From an uncultured Mycoplasmatota bacterium (GTDB taxonomy: Bacteria; Bacillota_I; Bacilli_A; RF39; UBA660): a stretch of 64,000 bases of DNA. The position numbers and the translations under genes were made by a program. This document shows positions 19,052 through 29,550 of this stretch, one piece after another. The number at the start of each line of letters is the position of its first letter. Position 1 is the stretch's first letter. The stretch spans positions 2,688-66,687 of the forward strand of contig CAMLWC010000001.1 in NCBI GenBank assembly GCA_946488855.1, written 5' to 3'. The notes under the pieces were generated by a model that worked only from the letters and a program-made list of their open reading frames with translations, was not told the DNA's origin and did no database searches.

Positions 19052-20260
19052 TTAATCATCTTGCAATTTATTTAATTTATCATAAACATTTTTTAATGCA
19101 GTTTCATATTTACTTGTTGTTTTAGGAATATAATATTTCCTATTTTTAATTTTATCTGGTAAGTATTGTTGTTTAACAAAAGCGTTAGGATAATCGTGAG
19201 GATATTTATAATCTTTTGAATTTGTTTTAATATGATTAGGAACATTACCAGTATTACCATTTCTAATATCCAATAAAGCATTATCTAAGGCAACATGAGC
19301 CGAATTAGATTTAGGAGATAAAGCTAACTCAACTACAACTGTAGCGAGTGGTATTCTTGCTTCAGGTAATCCTAATCGTTCACAAGCATTAATGCAAGCA
19401 TCTACTTTAGGCCCCATTGAAGGGTTAGCAAGTCCAATATCTTCATAAGCAATAACTGTCATTCGTCTATAAATGCTATCTAAATCTTCAGCTTCAATTA
19501 ATCTAGCTAGATAATGTAGACTAGCGTTAACATCACTACCTCTAATTGACTTTTGAAAAGCGGATAATACATCATAATGGCCATCTTCGTTTTTATCATG
19601 AAAGAATACAGGTTTACTATTTATTTTTTTAATATGTTCAACGTTCACTATTTTATCACTACTAGAATAATAAGATACTTCTAATAAATTATAAGCAAAT
19701 CTTAAATCTCCTCCAGATAATTTAACAATATAATTAATTGTTTCATCATCAATTTGAATATCTTCTAAATATTTAACACCTTTTTTTAAAGCTTCTTTAA
19801 TATCTTCATCGTTTAATTCTTTTAATTCAAATATTTGACATCTACTTCTAATTGCTGGATTTATTTTATGATATGGATTAGATGTAGTCATACCTATTAA
19901 GGTAATTAAACCATTTTCTAAATATGGTAATAATAAATCTTGTTTATCTTTATTTAATCTATGAATTTCATCCATAATGATAATATATTCATTATTATAT
20001 TTAGCTTCTTCTATAGCATCATCAAAATCTTTTTTATTATTTATAACAGCATTTAATAAAATATATTTATAGCCTAATTCATTTACAATAGCAGTAGCAA
20101 TACTAGTTTTGCCAATACCAGGTTTACCATATAAAATCATTGAAAATAACTTTTTATTTTTAACTAAATTAGTTAGTATTTTATCTTTACCAATCAAATG
20201 TTTTTGACCAACTATATCATCTAATTTAGTAGGTCTTAAAATATGTGCTAAAGGTTCCAT
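19052..20260 (-). CDS. rarA: replication-associated recombination protein A (AAA+ ATPase)
   Basis: Walker A GKPGIGKTSIA, Walker B IIMDEIHR and the MgsA C-terminal region. Start placed at MEPLAHILRP behind GGTGATTTAT. Confidence 0.85.
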   Translation of the reverse strand: MEPLAHILRPTKLDDIVGQKHLIGKDKILTNLVKNKKLFSMILYGKPGIGKTSIATAIVNELGYKYILLNAVINNKKDFDDAIEEAKYNNEYIIIMDEIHRLNKDKQDLLLPYLENGLITLIGMTTSNPYHKINPAIRSRCQIFELKELNDEDIKEALKKGVKYLEDIQIDDETINYIVKLSGGDLRFAYNLLEVSYYSSSDKIVNVEHIKKINSKPVFFHDKNEDGHYDVLSAFQKSIRGSDVNASLHYLARLIEAEDLDSIYRRMTVIAYEDIGLANPSMGPKVDACINACERLGLPEARIPLATVVVELALSPKSNSAHVALDNALLDIRNGNTGNVPNHIKTNSKDYKYPHDYPNAFVKQQYLPDKIKNRKYYIPKTTSKYETALKNVYDKLNKLQDD

Positions 20261-20335
20261 ATAAATCACCACATATTATTTTATCAAAATTATTAAAAAA
20301 TTAATAGAGTGTGATATAATTATATAGGTGATAAT

Positions 20336-21241
20336 ATGAATTTTATACCAAATAAAGATGAATTTAATAATAAAGCTTTAGAATTTAAAACATATTTATT
20401 AATAGATAAAAAATATAGCAACGAAACGATTAATTCTTATATGAATGATTTATATAAATATTATAAATATATTAGTAAAAAAAATTTAAATATCAATAGT
20501 ATTAAAAGAAAAGATATAATGGAATATACAAAATATTTAAGAGAACAACAATTATCTACTAGTTCTATAAATCATAATGTATCGGTTTTAAGAACTTTTT
20601 ATAAGTTTTTAGTATTATCTAATAGATTTGTAACAGATCCAATGGAATATTTGGAAGTACCAAAATTAAGGAAAACTTTACCTAAAGTATTATCACTTGA
20701 TGAAGTTAAAAATTTGTTAGATATTGATTTAGTTGACAAATATAGTTACCGAAATAAAGCAATGTTAGAATTAATGTACGCTACAGGACTTAGAGTAAGT
20801 GAATTAGTTAATTTAAAACTAAATGATATTGATTTAGATAGTGATTTAATAAGAACATTAGGTAAAGGTAGTAAAGAAAGAATAATCCCAATTGGTGATT
20901 ATGCTATATATTATTTAAAAAAGTATATATTGGAATATCGAAAAGAACTACTAAAAACTAATACCGATTATATATTTTTAAACAATCATGGTAAAAAATT
21001 ATCAAGACAAAGTTTTTATAAATTAGTAAAAGAATTAGCTATTAAAAAAAATATTAAAACAGAATTTTCTCCTCATACTTTAAGACATTCTTTCGCAACT
21101 CATTTACTTGATAGAGGCGCTGATATTGTAAGCATCAAAGAAATGTTAGGTCATAGTTCATTATCTACTACACAAATATATACTCATATATCAAATCAAA
21201 AATTAAAAGATGAATATACCAAATTCCATCCTCACGGATAA
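20336..21241 (+). CDS. xerD: site-specific tyrosine recombinase, XerD-like
   Basis: LRHSFATHLLDRGADIVSIKEMLGHSSLSTTQIYTH gives the R..H..R..Y catalytic tetrad. Length 301 aa. Confidence 0.75.
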   Translation: MNFIPNKDEFNNKALEFKTYLLIDKKYSNETINSYMNDLYKYYKYISKKNLNINSIKRKDIMEYTKYLREQQLSTSSINHNVSVLRTFYKFLVLSNRFVTDPMEYLEVPKLRKTLPKVLSLDEVKNLLDIDLVDKYSYRNKAMLELMYATGLRVSELVNLKLNDIDLDSDLIRTLGKGSKERIIPIGDYAIYYLKKYILEYRKELLKTNTDYIFLNNHGKKLSRQSFYKLVKELAIKKNIKTEFSPHTLRHSFATHLLDRGADIVSIKEMLGHSSLSTTQIYTHISNQKLKDEYTKFHPHG

Positions 21242-21905
21242 TGATGAATTAATTAAATATTTGTTTAGTATTAAAGATAATGAATATAGAAAATTTAATG
21301 AAAGAATTATTAAAACGAATAATATAATCGGAGTTAGAATTCCTATTTTAAAAAAAATAGCAAAAGAAATAACTAAAAATGATTATTTAACTTTTATTAA
21401 AAATAATAAGCATAAATATTATGAAGAAATTATGCTTCATGGATTAGTTATTACTTATTTAAAAGATTATAATAAATCAATCAAATTATTTGATCTTTAT
21501 ATTAATTATATTGATTCCTGGGCTACTTGTGATTCAGTTGTTTTAAATTATAAAATTATTAATAAAAACTTAGATAACTACTTAATTAAAATTAAAGAAT
21601 ATTTAAAAAATGATAAAGCCTTTGTTAATAGAGTAGGGATAGTATCATTATTTTACTATTTAAATGATGATTATATTGATGAAGTACTTGATATGGTAAA
21701 TTGTATTAAAAGTGATGAATATTACGTTAAAATGGCTGTTTCATGGCTTATTTCGATATGTTTAGTAAAATACTATGATAAAACATTACAATTTTTAAAA
21801 ACTTGTAATTTAGATGATTGGACATATAATAAATCATTACAAAAAGCAATTGAATCATATAAAATAAAAAATAAAGACTATTTAAGAAAATTAAAACGAA
21901 TTTGA
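21210..21905 (+). CDS. DNA alkylation repair protein (AlkD/AlkC HEAT-like family)
   Basis: GVRIPILKKIAKEI, WATCDSV and SWLISICLVKYY motifs. The start is uncertain because the ORF overlaps the xerD 3' end by 32 nt. Confidence 0.6.
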   Translation: MNIPNSILTDNDELIKYLFSIKDNEYRKFNERIIKTNNIIGVRIPILKKIAKEITKNDYLTFIKNNKHKYYEEIMLHGLVITYLKDYNKSIKLFDLYINYIDSWATCDSVVLNYKIINKNLDNYLIKIKEYLKNDKAFVNRVGIVSLFYYLNDDYIDEVLDMVNCIKSDEYYVKMAVSWLISICLVKYYDKTLQFLKTCNLDDWTYNKSLQKAIESYKIKNKDYLRKLKRI

Positions 21906-21946
21906 CATATATAATTATATTTGATACTATGTATTTAGGTGATGCT

Positions 21947-22264
21947 ATGAAAAAAATATTATTTTTATTTATCTGTTTGTTATTTATAACGGGATGTGGT
22001 ACTACTAAAGTATATGACTACAAAGTAGAAGATTGGAAAATGGAAGTAACTGAGTCAAGTGATAAGCAAGATAAAATTGTAAAAGAAATCATTAATATTT
22101 GGGAAGATAATGATGAAGTGTATACTGTTAATATGGAAGTAACTCAATCTTCTGTTAAAAGACATATTAATCTTTATATTGAAGAAAATCCTGATACAGA
22201 AAAAACTATATTTGAAATTGCTTGTGAAATAGTTGGCGTTGATTATAACAAATATAATAAATAA
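21947..22264 (+). CDS. small lipoprotein, function unknown
   Basis: MKKILFLFICLLFITGCG signal peptide with a lipobox. Confidence 0.55.
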   Translation: MKKILFLFICLLFITGCGTTKVYDYKVEDWKMEVTESSDKQDKIVKEIINIWEDNDEVYTVNMEVTQSSVKRHINLYIEENPDTEKTIFEIACEIVGVDYNKYNK

Positions 22265-22301
22265 TCTTTATATAAAAAAATATATTTTATTCATTATTTG
22301 T

Positions 22302-22329
22302 AACTTAATACTTGTTATTAAGTTTTTAT
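22302..22329 (+). terminator. weak AT-rich rho-independent terminator
   Basis: AACTTAATA-cttgt-TATTAAGTT hairpin followed by T4. Confidence 0.35.
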
Positions 22330-22349
22330 TTGGTCATATAATTTTATAG

Positions 22350-23093
22350 GTGATATCGATGAATAACATATCATTTGCTTTTATTTTGACTATTGTATCG
22401 GGATTGTCAACAATGATTGGATCAATATTTATATTTAAGAAAAAAAATGAAAATATAATTATAGCATCTTTAGCATTTGCTTCAGGAGTAATGTTTACAG
22501 TATCACTTACTGATCTAATTCCAGAATCATATAATTTATTAATTAATATTTTCCCTAAATTTCCCTCCTTTATTTATATGTTAATATTTGTTGTAAGTGG
22601 TATTTTGTTTTCTATGTTTATTGATAAATATATCCCAACCGATAATAATTTGTATAGAGTAGGAGTTTTTGCGATGTTAGCTATAATAATTCATAACATA
22701 CCTGAAGGTATTGCTACTTTCATGGCTACTAACACTAATATTGTGTTAGGTATTTCTTTAACTATAGCCATAGCGTTACATAATATACCAGAAGGTATTA
22801 GTATATCAATACCAATTTATTATGCTACTAACAGTAAATTTAAAGCTATTTTTTATACATTTATATCTGCTGTATCAGAACCTTTTGGAGCTTTATTAAC
22901 TTATCTTTTTTTAAGTAATTATATTAACGATAGAATTATGGGATTCTTATTTGGCGTTATAGCAGGTATTATGATTCATATTTCAATGTACGAATTGTTA
23001 CCAACTTCTAAAAGTTATAATAAATTAAATATAACATATTTGTTTTTTCTTTTAGGAGCAATATTGATGATAATAAATCATTTTGTTTTTTAA
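22350..23093 (+). CDS. zupT: ZIP-family zinc transporter
   Basis: Eight TM segments and the paired HNIPEGIA motifs. Confidence 0.8.
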   Translation: MISMNNISFAFILTIVSGLSTMIGSIFIFKKKNENIIIASLAFASGVMFTVSLTDLIPESYNLLINIFPKFPSFIYMLIFVVSGILFSMFIDKYIPTDNNLYRVGVFAMLAIIIHNIPEGIATFMATNTNIVLGISLTIAIALHNIPEGISISIPIYYATNSKFKAIFYTFISAVSEPFGALLTYLFLSNYINDRIMGFLFGVIAGIMIHISMYELLPTSKSYNKLNITYLFFLLGAILMIINHFVF

Positions 23094-23131
23094 ATTAATA
23101 TGCTATAATATTGCCTAATGGGGGAAATTAT

Positions 23132-24379
23132 ATGAAACTAATTAGGGAAATGAATCTAAAAGAAGTTTATTCAGAGTTATTATTAGATAAAAAGTACGAT
23201 TTAAAACTGATATATAAAGACTTTAATATTAGTGAATTATATGATAGAGCAAGAGAATTATATAAAACTGAAACAGGTAATGAAAATATTTCAGATAAAG
23301 AATTAGAAAAATGGTTGCATGATAAATGTTGTTATGAAGTTTTAAGTGATTTATTATGGTTAATGGTTACAAAATTAAAAGATAGTGATAATTATAAAGA
23401 TGAATTTATGTTCTATAATTTTCATGTAATAATGGATATGATGAATGAATTTCTTATTGATTGTCAAGTAGATGAACAATATGATATTAAAAATTTAACA
23501 AGTTTAACTGAAGACGAAATAAATAGATATATTTGTGAAATATTAAAAGAAATTGATCCTTCTATAGAATGGTTAAATATATATTTAAAAGCAAAAAAAG
23601 AAGGTAAAATAATAAATATTAATAATTATTCGAAAGAAGAGTTAGAAAAATTAAGAGTCAAATTAAAATTAGATAAAATTCCAAGTGGTAGTAATTGTGT
23701 TGTTATAGATGATGAAACTTATTATTTGTTTCTTACACTTAATAGCACACTATACGATATTATTAGTACAATTCACGAATTAATCCATTTCATTATCACA
23801 GATAATAATATTTATTTACCGCCAATTTTATCAGAGTTTTTTTCTATTTTTTATGAAATATATGCTGTATCTTATTTACATAAACAAGGTTTTGATATTA
23901 ACGAATTGTTTACCATCTATCAAAAAATTAGAATTATTGACTTATCCCTTATTTCTTTAACTCTCACACCATTATATAATTATTTAAAAGTTTTAGCAGA
24001 ACGAAGAAAAATATCTTTAGATGATGATATAAAGTACTACGTAGAAAGATTAAAATCTTTAAAAAGAATTAATAAGCTTCCCATTAAATATAGTAAAATA
24101 CAACCAATTGATTTAGCTTTTGAAAAATGTGATAAATATATAGAATTTTTATTAGATGATGAATTTTATAATTTATATCCATATGTTGTTGGTAGTGGTT
24201 TAGCTTTTGAAGCAATGAAAAAATATGATAAAAATTTATTGAATAAAATAAGAGGTTTTGTTAATCCAACAAGCTGTGTTGATCCATATGAAGTTTTTAG
24301 TATATGTGGTTTTATAGAAGAAGATTTAATAAGAGTAGGGGAAGGACTAAAAGAATTTCAAAAAGAAAAAAGACCTTAA
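23132..24379 (+). CDS. hypothetical HExxH protein (putative zincin-like metallopeptidase)
   Basis: TIHELIHFI HExxH with a downstream Glu. Start placed at MKLIREM behind GGGGGAAATTAT. Confidence 0.45.
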   Translation: MKLIREMNLKEVYSELLLDKKYDLKLIYKDFNISELYDRARELYKTETGNENISDKELEKWLHDKCCYEVLSDLLWLMVTKLKDSDNYKDEFMFYNFHVIMDMMNEFLIDCQVDEQYDIKNLTSLTEDEINRYICEILKEIDPSIEWLNIYLKAKKEGKIININNYSKEELEKLRVKLKLDKIPSGSNCVVIDDETYYLFLTLNSTLYDIISTIHELIHFIITDNNIYLPPILSEFFSIFYEIYAVSYLHKQGFDINELFTIYQKIRIIDLSLISLTLTPLYNYLKVLAERRKISLDDDIKYYVERLKSLKRINKLPIKYSKIQPIDLAFEKCDKYIEFLLDDEFYNLYPYVVGSGLAFEAMKKYDKNLLNKIRGFVNPTSCVDPYEVFSICGFIEEDLIRVGEGLKEFQKEKRP

Positions 24380-24393
24380 AATCGTCTTTTTTT
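24368..24393. terminator. bidirectional terminator
   Basis: AAAAGAC-CTTAAAATC-GTCTTTT hairpin followed by T6. Confidence 0.5.
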
Positions 24394-24407
24394 CTTGGGT
24401 TAAAACT

Positions 24408-24535
24408 TATTCAAAATCATAATTTGAAGAAGTATTAGCACTTGTATTTTCTTGTTTATTCATGTTAGAATTCATTTTGTTTTCTTTACATGATTTATTA
24501 GAATTACAATTTTTTGCTTGTTTATTCTTTTTCAT
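24408..24535 (-). CDS. small (42-46 aa) Lys/Asn/Ser-rich hydrophilic protein with two Cys; possible minor spore/small-protein gene
   Basis: Intact ORF MKKNKQAKNCNSNKSCKENKMNSNMNKQENTSANTSSNYDFE lying between convergent genes. A GGGTGA RBS-like element precedes the second ATG. Absent from the ORF track because of its size. Confidence 0.3.
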
Positions 24536-24654
24536 TTTATCACCCATTAATATTATTGACAGTTTATTTAAAAATATTTATTAAGATAATTGTTAAAATA
24601 TGGAATATTTGTTATAATAAAGTAAATAATAAAATTAAAAGTAGGTGTTTGAAA

Positions 24655-25644
24655 GTGAAATTTTCAAATAATTTAGATAAATTAGAACAAACTATATTTG
24701 ATAATTGCTATAATATGTTATTATCTTTATTCGATGAAAATAACAAGGAAAAAATTATTGCTAAGTTAAATAAGCAAAGTAAGAATATATTTAATTCAAT
24801 TAAAAAAATAATTAATAAAGAAAATAATTTAGAAAGCAATTATTTATATTTATATGAATTATTAAAATATTTAAGTATTCCTGATTTTGATTTTGTGGAA
24901 TTATATAATAAAGGAGCTAAAAAATTAGTTTATAATGGTTTAGTAATTGAAGAAAAAACTAAAGATAAATATAACTATTATGGTGAAGCATTTAATGAAA
25001 TAGGGTTAGATTTAATTACAAACATTTGTTTAATTAAAAAATATAATAATTCTAATATAAATTGTATAGATGATTTAATATTTGATTCTAATTGGTTATA
25101 TCAATCATTATCAAACCAATTTAATACAATCATTAGATTATTAGTATTTGCTATGAATAATGAATTTAATAATTCATATAGTAACTTAAATAAAAGTATT
25201 ATAGATACTAAAATAAATTTAAGAACTAATAAGGGATATTTATATCAAACTGTACCAATAAATGATTTTTTATATGGATTAATTTATGATGGATTACATA
25301 CAGAAAAACAGTTTGATAAATATAGTAGTATAGGTACATATAAATTATTATGTGATAGATTAGATGATTTATTTAATGATGTTATTAATAATGATAAATT
25401 AATTGATAATAATATTATTAAAGAACAAATAATTACAATTGCATCAATGTTTAATAATAAAATGTATTATTTAGATCATTATAATGTAATTACTAAAGAA
25501 ACCAAAAAAAGATTAATCCATGATTTTAATATTATATTTAAACAAGCTATCAAAGAATATAAATTACAATTTACTAATGAAGATTTATTAAAAATAAATG
25601 ATAATGTTAATAAATCTAAACAAAGATTAGAAAACATTAATTAG
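24655..25644 (+). CDS. hypothetical protein
   Basis: A TTGTTA-17-TATAAT promoter at about 24590-24624 and an AGTAGGTG RBS precede a GTG start (VKFSNNLDKLEQ). The ORF-track N-terminus from 24514 reads as non-coding low-complexity sequence. Confidence 0.5.
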   Translation: MKFSNNLDKLEQTIFDNCYNMLLSLFDENNKEKIIAKLNKQSKNIFNSIKKIINKENNLESNYLYLYELLKYLSIPDFDFVELYNKGAKKLVYNGLVIEEKTKDKYNYYGEAFNEIGLDLITNICLIKKYNNSNINCIDDLIFDSNWLYQSLSNQFNTIIRLLVFAMNNEFNNSYSNLNKSIIDTKINLRTNKGYLYQTVPINDFLYGLIYDGLHTEKQFDKYSSIGTYKLLCDRLDDLFNDVINNDKLIDNNIIKEQIITIASMFNNKMYYLDHYNVITKETKKRLIHDFNIIFKQAIKEYKLQFTNEDLLKINDNVNKSKQRLENIN

Positions 25645-25708
25645 TTAACATAATATATATTATCGGAAGTTGAATAATTATTAAAAAAGGCTTATATAAA
25701 TAGTCTTT

Positions 25709-26656
25709 TTATAGTGCTAAAATAAATAATTCCAACCCTAATTGTTTATCTATTTTACCTGTTTTAATAGATATATCTAAATCAGCTAATTGTTTTAAAT
25801 AATTTAGTAATATATTTGAATCATATTTTTTAGAATTTTGATTAGCTAATTTAACTCTATATGGATGTATTTTTAATATACTAGCGATATTATTCTCAGT
25901 GTATCCATTTAAATATAGTTGTTTAACTTGATACATTATCCTTATTTGATTTGCTAAAGCAATTATAATAGCAATCGGTTCTTCATTTAATTTGATTCGG
26001 TCTTGATATAACATTATAGCTTCATTTTTGTTTTTATTTATAATAGCATCAATCAATTTAAAATTATTTGATTCTAACGATTTAGTTATTAAATTAGTTA
26101 TATCTTCTTTAATTATATTCTTATCATTATCTTTATATATTTTTATTTTTTCAATTTCGGTAGCAAGTAGGGTGGTATCATCCCCTACTCGTTCTAATAA
26201 ATATTTTATATTATCGGCTGATATGTTATAATCATCAAATAATTCTTTTACTAATGAAATATTATCTATATTATTAAATTCTTTAGCAATTCCTATTTTC
26301 TTTATAAGTTTTGTTATTTTTTTTCTTTCATCTAATTTATCATTATTAACAATAAATATTAAAATTGTATTCTCATTTATATTGTTTAAATAATTTTCTA
26401 ATATTATTGGATCTTGTTCTAAAGCTTTTTTTGTAGTTCCAGTAAATATATAACTATTATTTACAATTATTATTTTTTTATCATCAAATAAAGACATACT
26501 ACTAGCATCATTAATTATATCTGTTAAATATGTATTAGTTAAATCATATTTAATAATATTGATTTCATCAATATTATTTACTTCTATTATTTTATTTATT
26601 TCCTTATTTATTAAATAATTAATAGTTCCATATAATATATATATCATACCACTCAC
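25709..26656 (-). CDS. holA: DNA polymerase III delta subunit
   Basis: 315 aa. The N-terminus YILYG...Y matches the HolA clamp-loader delta fold pattern. Confidence 0.6.
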   Translation of the reverse strand: MSGMIYILYGTINYLINKEINKIIEVNNIDEINIIKYDLTNTYLTDIINDASSMSLFDDKKIIIVNNSYIFTGTTKKALEQDPIILENYLNNINENTILIFIVNNDKLDERKKITKLIKKIGIAKEFNNIDNISLVKELFDDYNISADNIKYLLERVGDDTTLLATEIEKIKIYKDNDKNIIKEDITNLITKSLESNNFKLIDAIINKNKNEAIMLYQDRIKLNEEPIAIIIALANQIRIMYQVKQLYLNGYTENNIASILKIHPYRVKLANQNSKKYDSNILLNYLKQLADLDISIKTGKIDKQLGLELFILAL

Positions 26657-26743
26657 CTACTTTATTATACTATATTTTCAATGAAAATAAAAGTAAATTT
26701 ATAGTTGATAAAGGAAAGAAATAAAGGTGCAAATAATTAATGA

Positions 26744-27394
26744 TTATTTATTAAAACTAGGATGATGACCTAAACTTTTTTGAAATTCTTTTTCTTCATA
26801 AATATAAGGAATATCTTCAAGAAAATCTATAATATTTTTGTCTGTATTTGTATCATTTTTAATATTATTTAATAATTGTTCTTCTAAGTCATCAATATGA
26901 ATTAATGCTTGGATTTTTAAATCATTAAAAACAATTTGCATATTTTGTAATTCAAGAAAATCATTATTTTCTAGAACTTGTTCTATTGGAAAAGTTAAAT
27001 TTTCTTTTTTCAAATCAATAATTAAACGTGCTAAATTATATGTTAAAAAGCCAAGATAAATACTAAATATTATTGTATTTAAACCAAATATAAAACTAAA
27101 TAAAACTAAAATCATAGATTCTCTAAAATGTTTTTTTGAAAATTTATTAAATATTTTATTTTTATTTTTTTTAATATTTAAAAAATGATTATCTAAAATT
27201 TGAATATTTTTGTCTGCTTTTTCTTGGCATTCAATACGATAACGATGGATAAAGTAAGATATTCTTCTTAATAATTCTAAATTATTTGGATAATTATATT
27301 CAAAAGTTTCAGTCTTTGTATAAATTATTAATTTTTTCTCTGAAATTATAATTGATTTTATATCTTCTAATAAAATATCATCTAATTTTTTCAT
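26744..27394 (-). CDS. hypothetical membrane protein
   Basis: Two or three TM segments in the middle of the protein. No recognisable motif. Confidence 0.45.
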   Translation of the reverse strand: MKKLDDILLEDIKSIIISEKKLIIYTKTETFEYNYPNNLELLRRISYFIHRYRIECQEKADKNIQILDNHFLNIKKNKNKIFNKFSKKHFRESMILVLFSFIFGLNTIIFSIYLGFLTYNLARLIIDLKKENLTFPIEQVLENNDFLELQNMQIVFNDLKIQALIHIDDLEEQLLNNIKNDTNTDKNIIDFLEDIPYIYEEKEFQKSLGHHPSFNK

Positions 27395-27486
27395 CTTTTC
27401 ACCTCATTACGGATGAATATTGTAACAAGAACTTATACAAATGTCAAATTAAAAGCAATAAAATTTTATTGCTTTTTAGTGATAAA

Positions 27487-28128
27487 CTAATTTTTTCTTT
27501 TTCCAAGCACTCTTAAAAATTTTAAGAATAAGTTAATAAAGTCTAAATATAATTCTAATGCTCCATAAATAGCTAAATTTTCTTGTGGGAAAGAATCTAA
27601 CTGATATTTAACTTTTTGAATATCATAGGCTGTATAACCTAAGAAAACTACAATTCCTATTATAGTTAATATTAAATCAAATGTTTCATTGCCAATAAAC
27701 ATATTGATTAAACTGCAAATTATTATTGCAAATAAACTCATAAATAGAAATGTACTAATTTTACTTAAATCAATTTTAGTAAAATAACCAATTAATGCAA
27801 ATATACCAAATATAAATGCTGTTATTCCAAACACATAGATTAATGAATATAATTCATAAACTAAGAATAAAAATGAGAAAGTAAGACCGGTTACAAAAGA
27901 ATAAAGAATAAAACATATTTTAGCAGTTGTACTACTCATTGTTTTTATTTTTAATGAAAAAAATATAACTAATCCTATTTCAATAATTGCATAGACAATA
28001 AATGGTACTTGAACTACTAACAATAAAATATCATAACTATTAGATACTATGTAACCTGTTAAAAAAGTTACTAATAATCCCACAAACATCCAACCAAACA
28101 TTTTAGAATAAACTTCTCTTAATTCCAT
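27487..28128 (-). CDS. Bax inhibitor-1/YccA family membrane protein
   Basis: 213 aa with seven TM segments. The N-terminus VYSKMFGWMFVGLLVT resembles the BI-1 family start. Confidence 0.55.
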   Translation of the reverse strand: MELREVYSKMFGWMFVGLLVTFLTGYIVSNSYDILLLVVQVPFIVYAIIEIGLVIFFSLKIKTMSSTTAKICFILYSFVTGLTFSFLFLVYELYSLIYVFGITAFIFGIFALIGYFTKIDLSKISTFLFMSLFAIIICSLINMFIGNETFDLILTIIGIVVFLGYTAYDIQKVKYQLDSFPQENLAIYGALELYLDFINLFLKFLRVLGKRKN

Positions 28129-28191
28129 ATAAACTCCTCCTACTATTAATTATATCATATTATAATAAAAAAACATCTAATAAATGTTTTT

Positions 28192-29550
28192 TTATATTTC
28201 AAAATAAAATGTCGTACCTTTATTTATTTTACTTTCTACACCATATTTAAATTTATGACTTTCTAATATCGTTTTAACAATTGATAAACCAATACCTGTA
28301 CCAATAACATTTCTTTTATGTTTCTTCTTAGAATGATAATATTTTTCCCAAATATGTGGTAAATCTTCTTTTTTAATTCCTTTACCTGTATCTTTAATTT
28401 CAACTCTTATTTTTTTATCTTTAATTACATTTATAATTATTTTATTATCATCACCAGTATAATTAATAGCATTATTGATTAAATTATATATAACTTGCTC
28501 AATTTTCTTTTTATCAGCTTTTACAATAACCTCATTTGGTGTATTTACTTCAAATATATATCCTTCAGTTTCTTTATAAATACTATATCTTTTAATGATA
28601 TTATTAATTAATAACACTAAATCAAATTCTTCTTTGTTTAAAGTATCTTTATTTGCTTGAATTTTTGATAAAGTTAAAATGTCTTCAACCAAAATATTTA
28701 ATCTTTCTGTTTCTTCAATTATAACATTTAAATTTGCATTTCTTTTTTCTTCATTGTTATAATTTAAATCTCTAATCATTTCAGCATAACCTTTAATCAT
28801 AGTAAGTGGTGTTTTAAGATCATGTGAAACATTAGCTAATAAATCTCTTCTCAATTCATCAGTATGTTCTAATTCATTTTTAGCATAATTTAGTGTATTA
28901 GCTAATTCATCTATTTCTGATATTTTAGAATTATTATCAAATTTAAAATCATAATTACCATTAGCTAATTTTAAAGCATTTTCGTTCATTTTTTCAATTG
29001 GTTTACTAATTCTTTTAGATATAAAATAACCAATTATAAATGCTAAGAGAGAAACTATAATAGTTACAATAACTAATTGATTAGATAATATAGAAATGGT
29101 GTTATCTAATGGTTCTAGTGAGGCATTAACAAATATTACAACATCATCATTATATTTTTTAGCATATATTAATGTTTTAGTATCATATAACGGATTTATT
29201 AATTTATATGTTTTTTCATTAACATCACTATTATAAAAATCATTTTTATATTGATAATTGCTAATTAGACATCCCCTATTTGATTCATTAGAACTATAAA
29301 TAGTCATTCTATTTTTAACTATTTCAATACATACATTATCTTCATATGAAATTTTATCTAAATAAAGTGAGTCTTCATCATAATTTTTAATAATTTCTAA
29401 TGTAGTATGCTTTATTTGATCTGCTTTACTAAGTTCATAATATTTATTTATAAAAATTACTTGAAATAACCATAAAAATAAAACTATTATTAAGGTAAAT
29501 ACTATTAAATATAACCAAATATGTGATTTTAATGAATTATTTAAGTTCAA
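28192..29550 (-). CDS. two-component sensor histidine kinase
   Basis: Two TM segments with an extracytoplasmic loop. HisKA motif LLANVSHDLKTPLT and HATPase motifs NAINYT and GTGIGLSIVK. Confidence 0.85.
   Translation of the reverse strand: MNLNNSLKSHIWLYLIVFTLIIVLFLWLFQVIFINKYYELSKADQIKHTTLEIIKNYDEDSLYLDKISYEDNVCIEIVKNRMTIYSSNESNRGCLISNYQYKNDFYNSDVNEKTYKLINPLYDTKTLIYAKKYNDDVVIFVNASLEPLDNTISILSNQLVIVTIIVSLLAFIIGYFISKRISKPIEKMNENALKLANGNYDFKFDNNSKISEIDELANTLNYAKNELEHTDELRRDLLANVSHDLKTPLTMIKGYAEMIRDLNYNNEEKRNANLNVIIEETERLNILVEDILTLSKIQANKDTLNKEEFDLVLLINNIIKRYSIYKETEGYIFEVNTPNEVIVKADKKKIEQVIYNLINNAINYTGDDNKIIINVIKDKKIRVEIKDTGKGIKKEDLPHIWEKYYHSKKKHKRNVIGTGIGLSIVKTILESHKFKYGVESKINKGTTFYFEI

Noticed and set aside
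20336-21241. The two tyrosine recombinases (20336-21241 and 54121-54990) as markers of integrated mobile elements.
   Set aside because: Both have XerC/XerD-type catalytic regions and sit in conserved housekeeping contexts (near rarA; downstream of topA). No phage, transposon or attachment repeats flank them.
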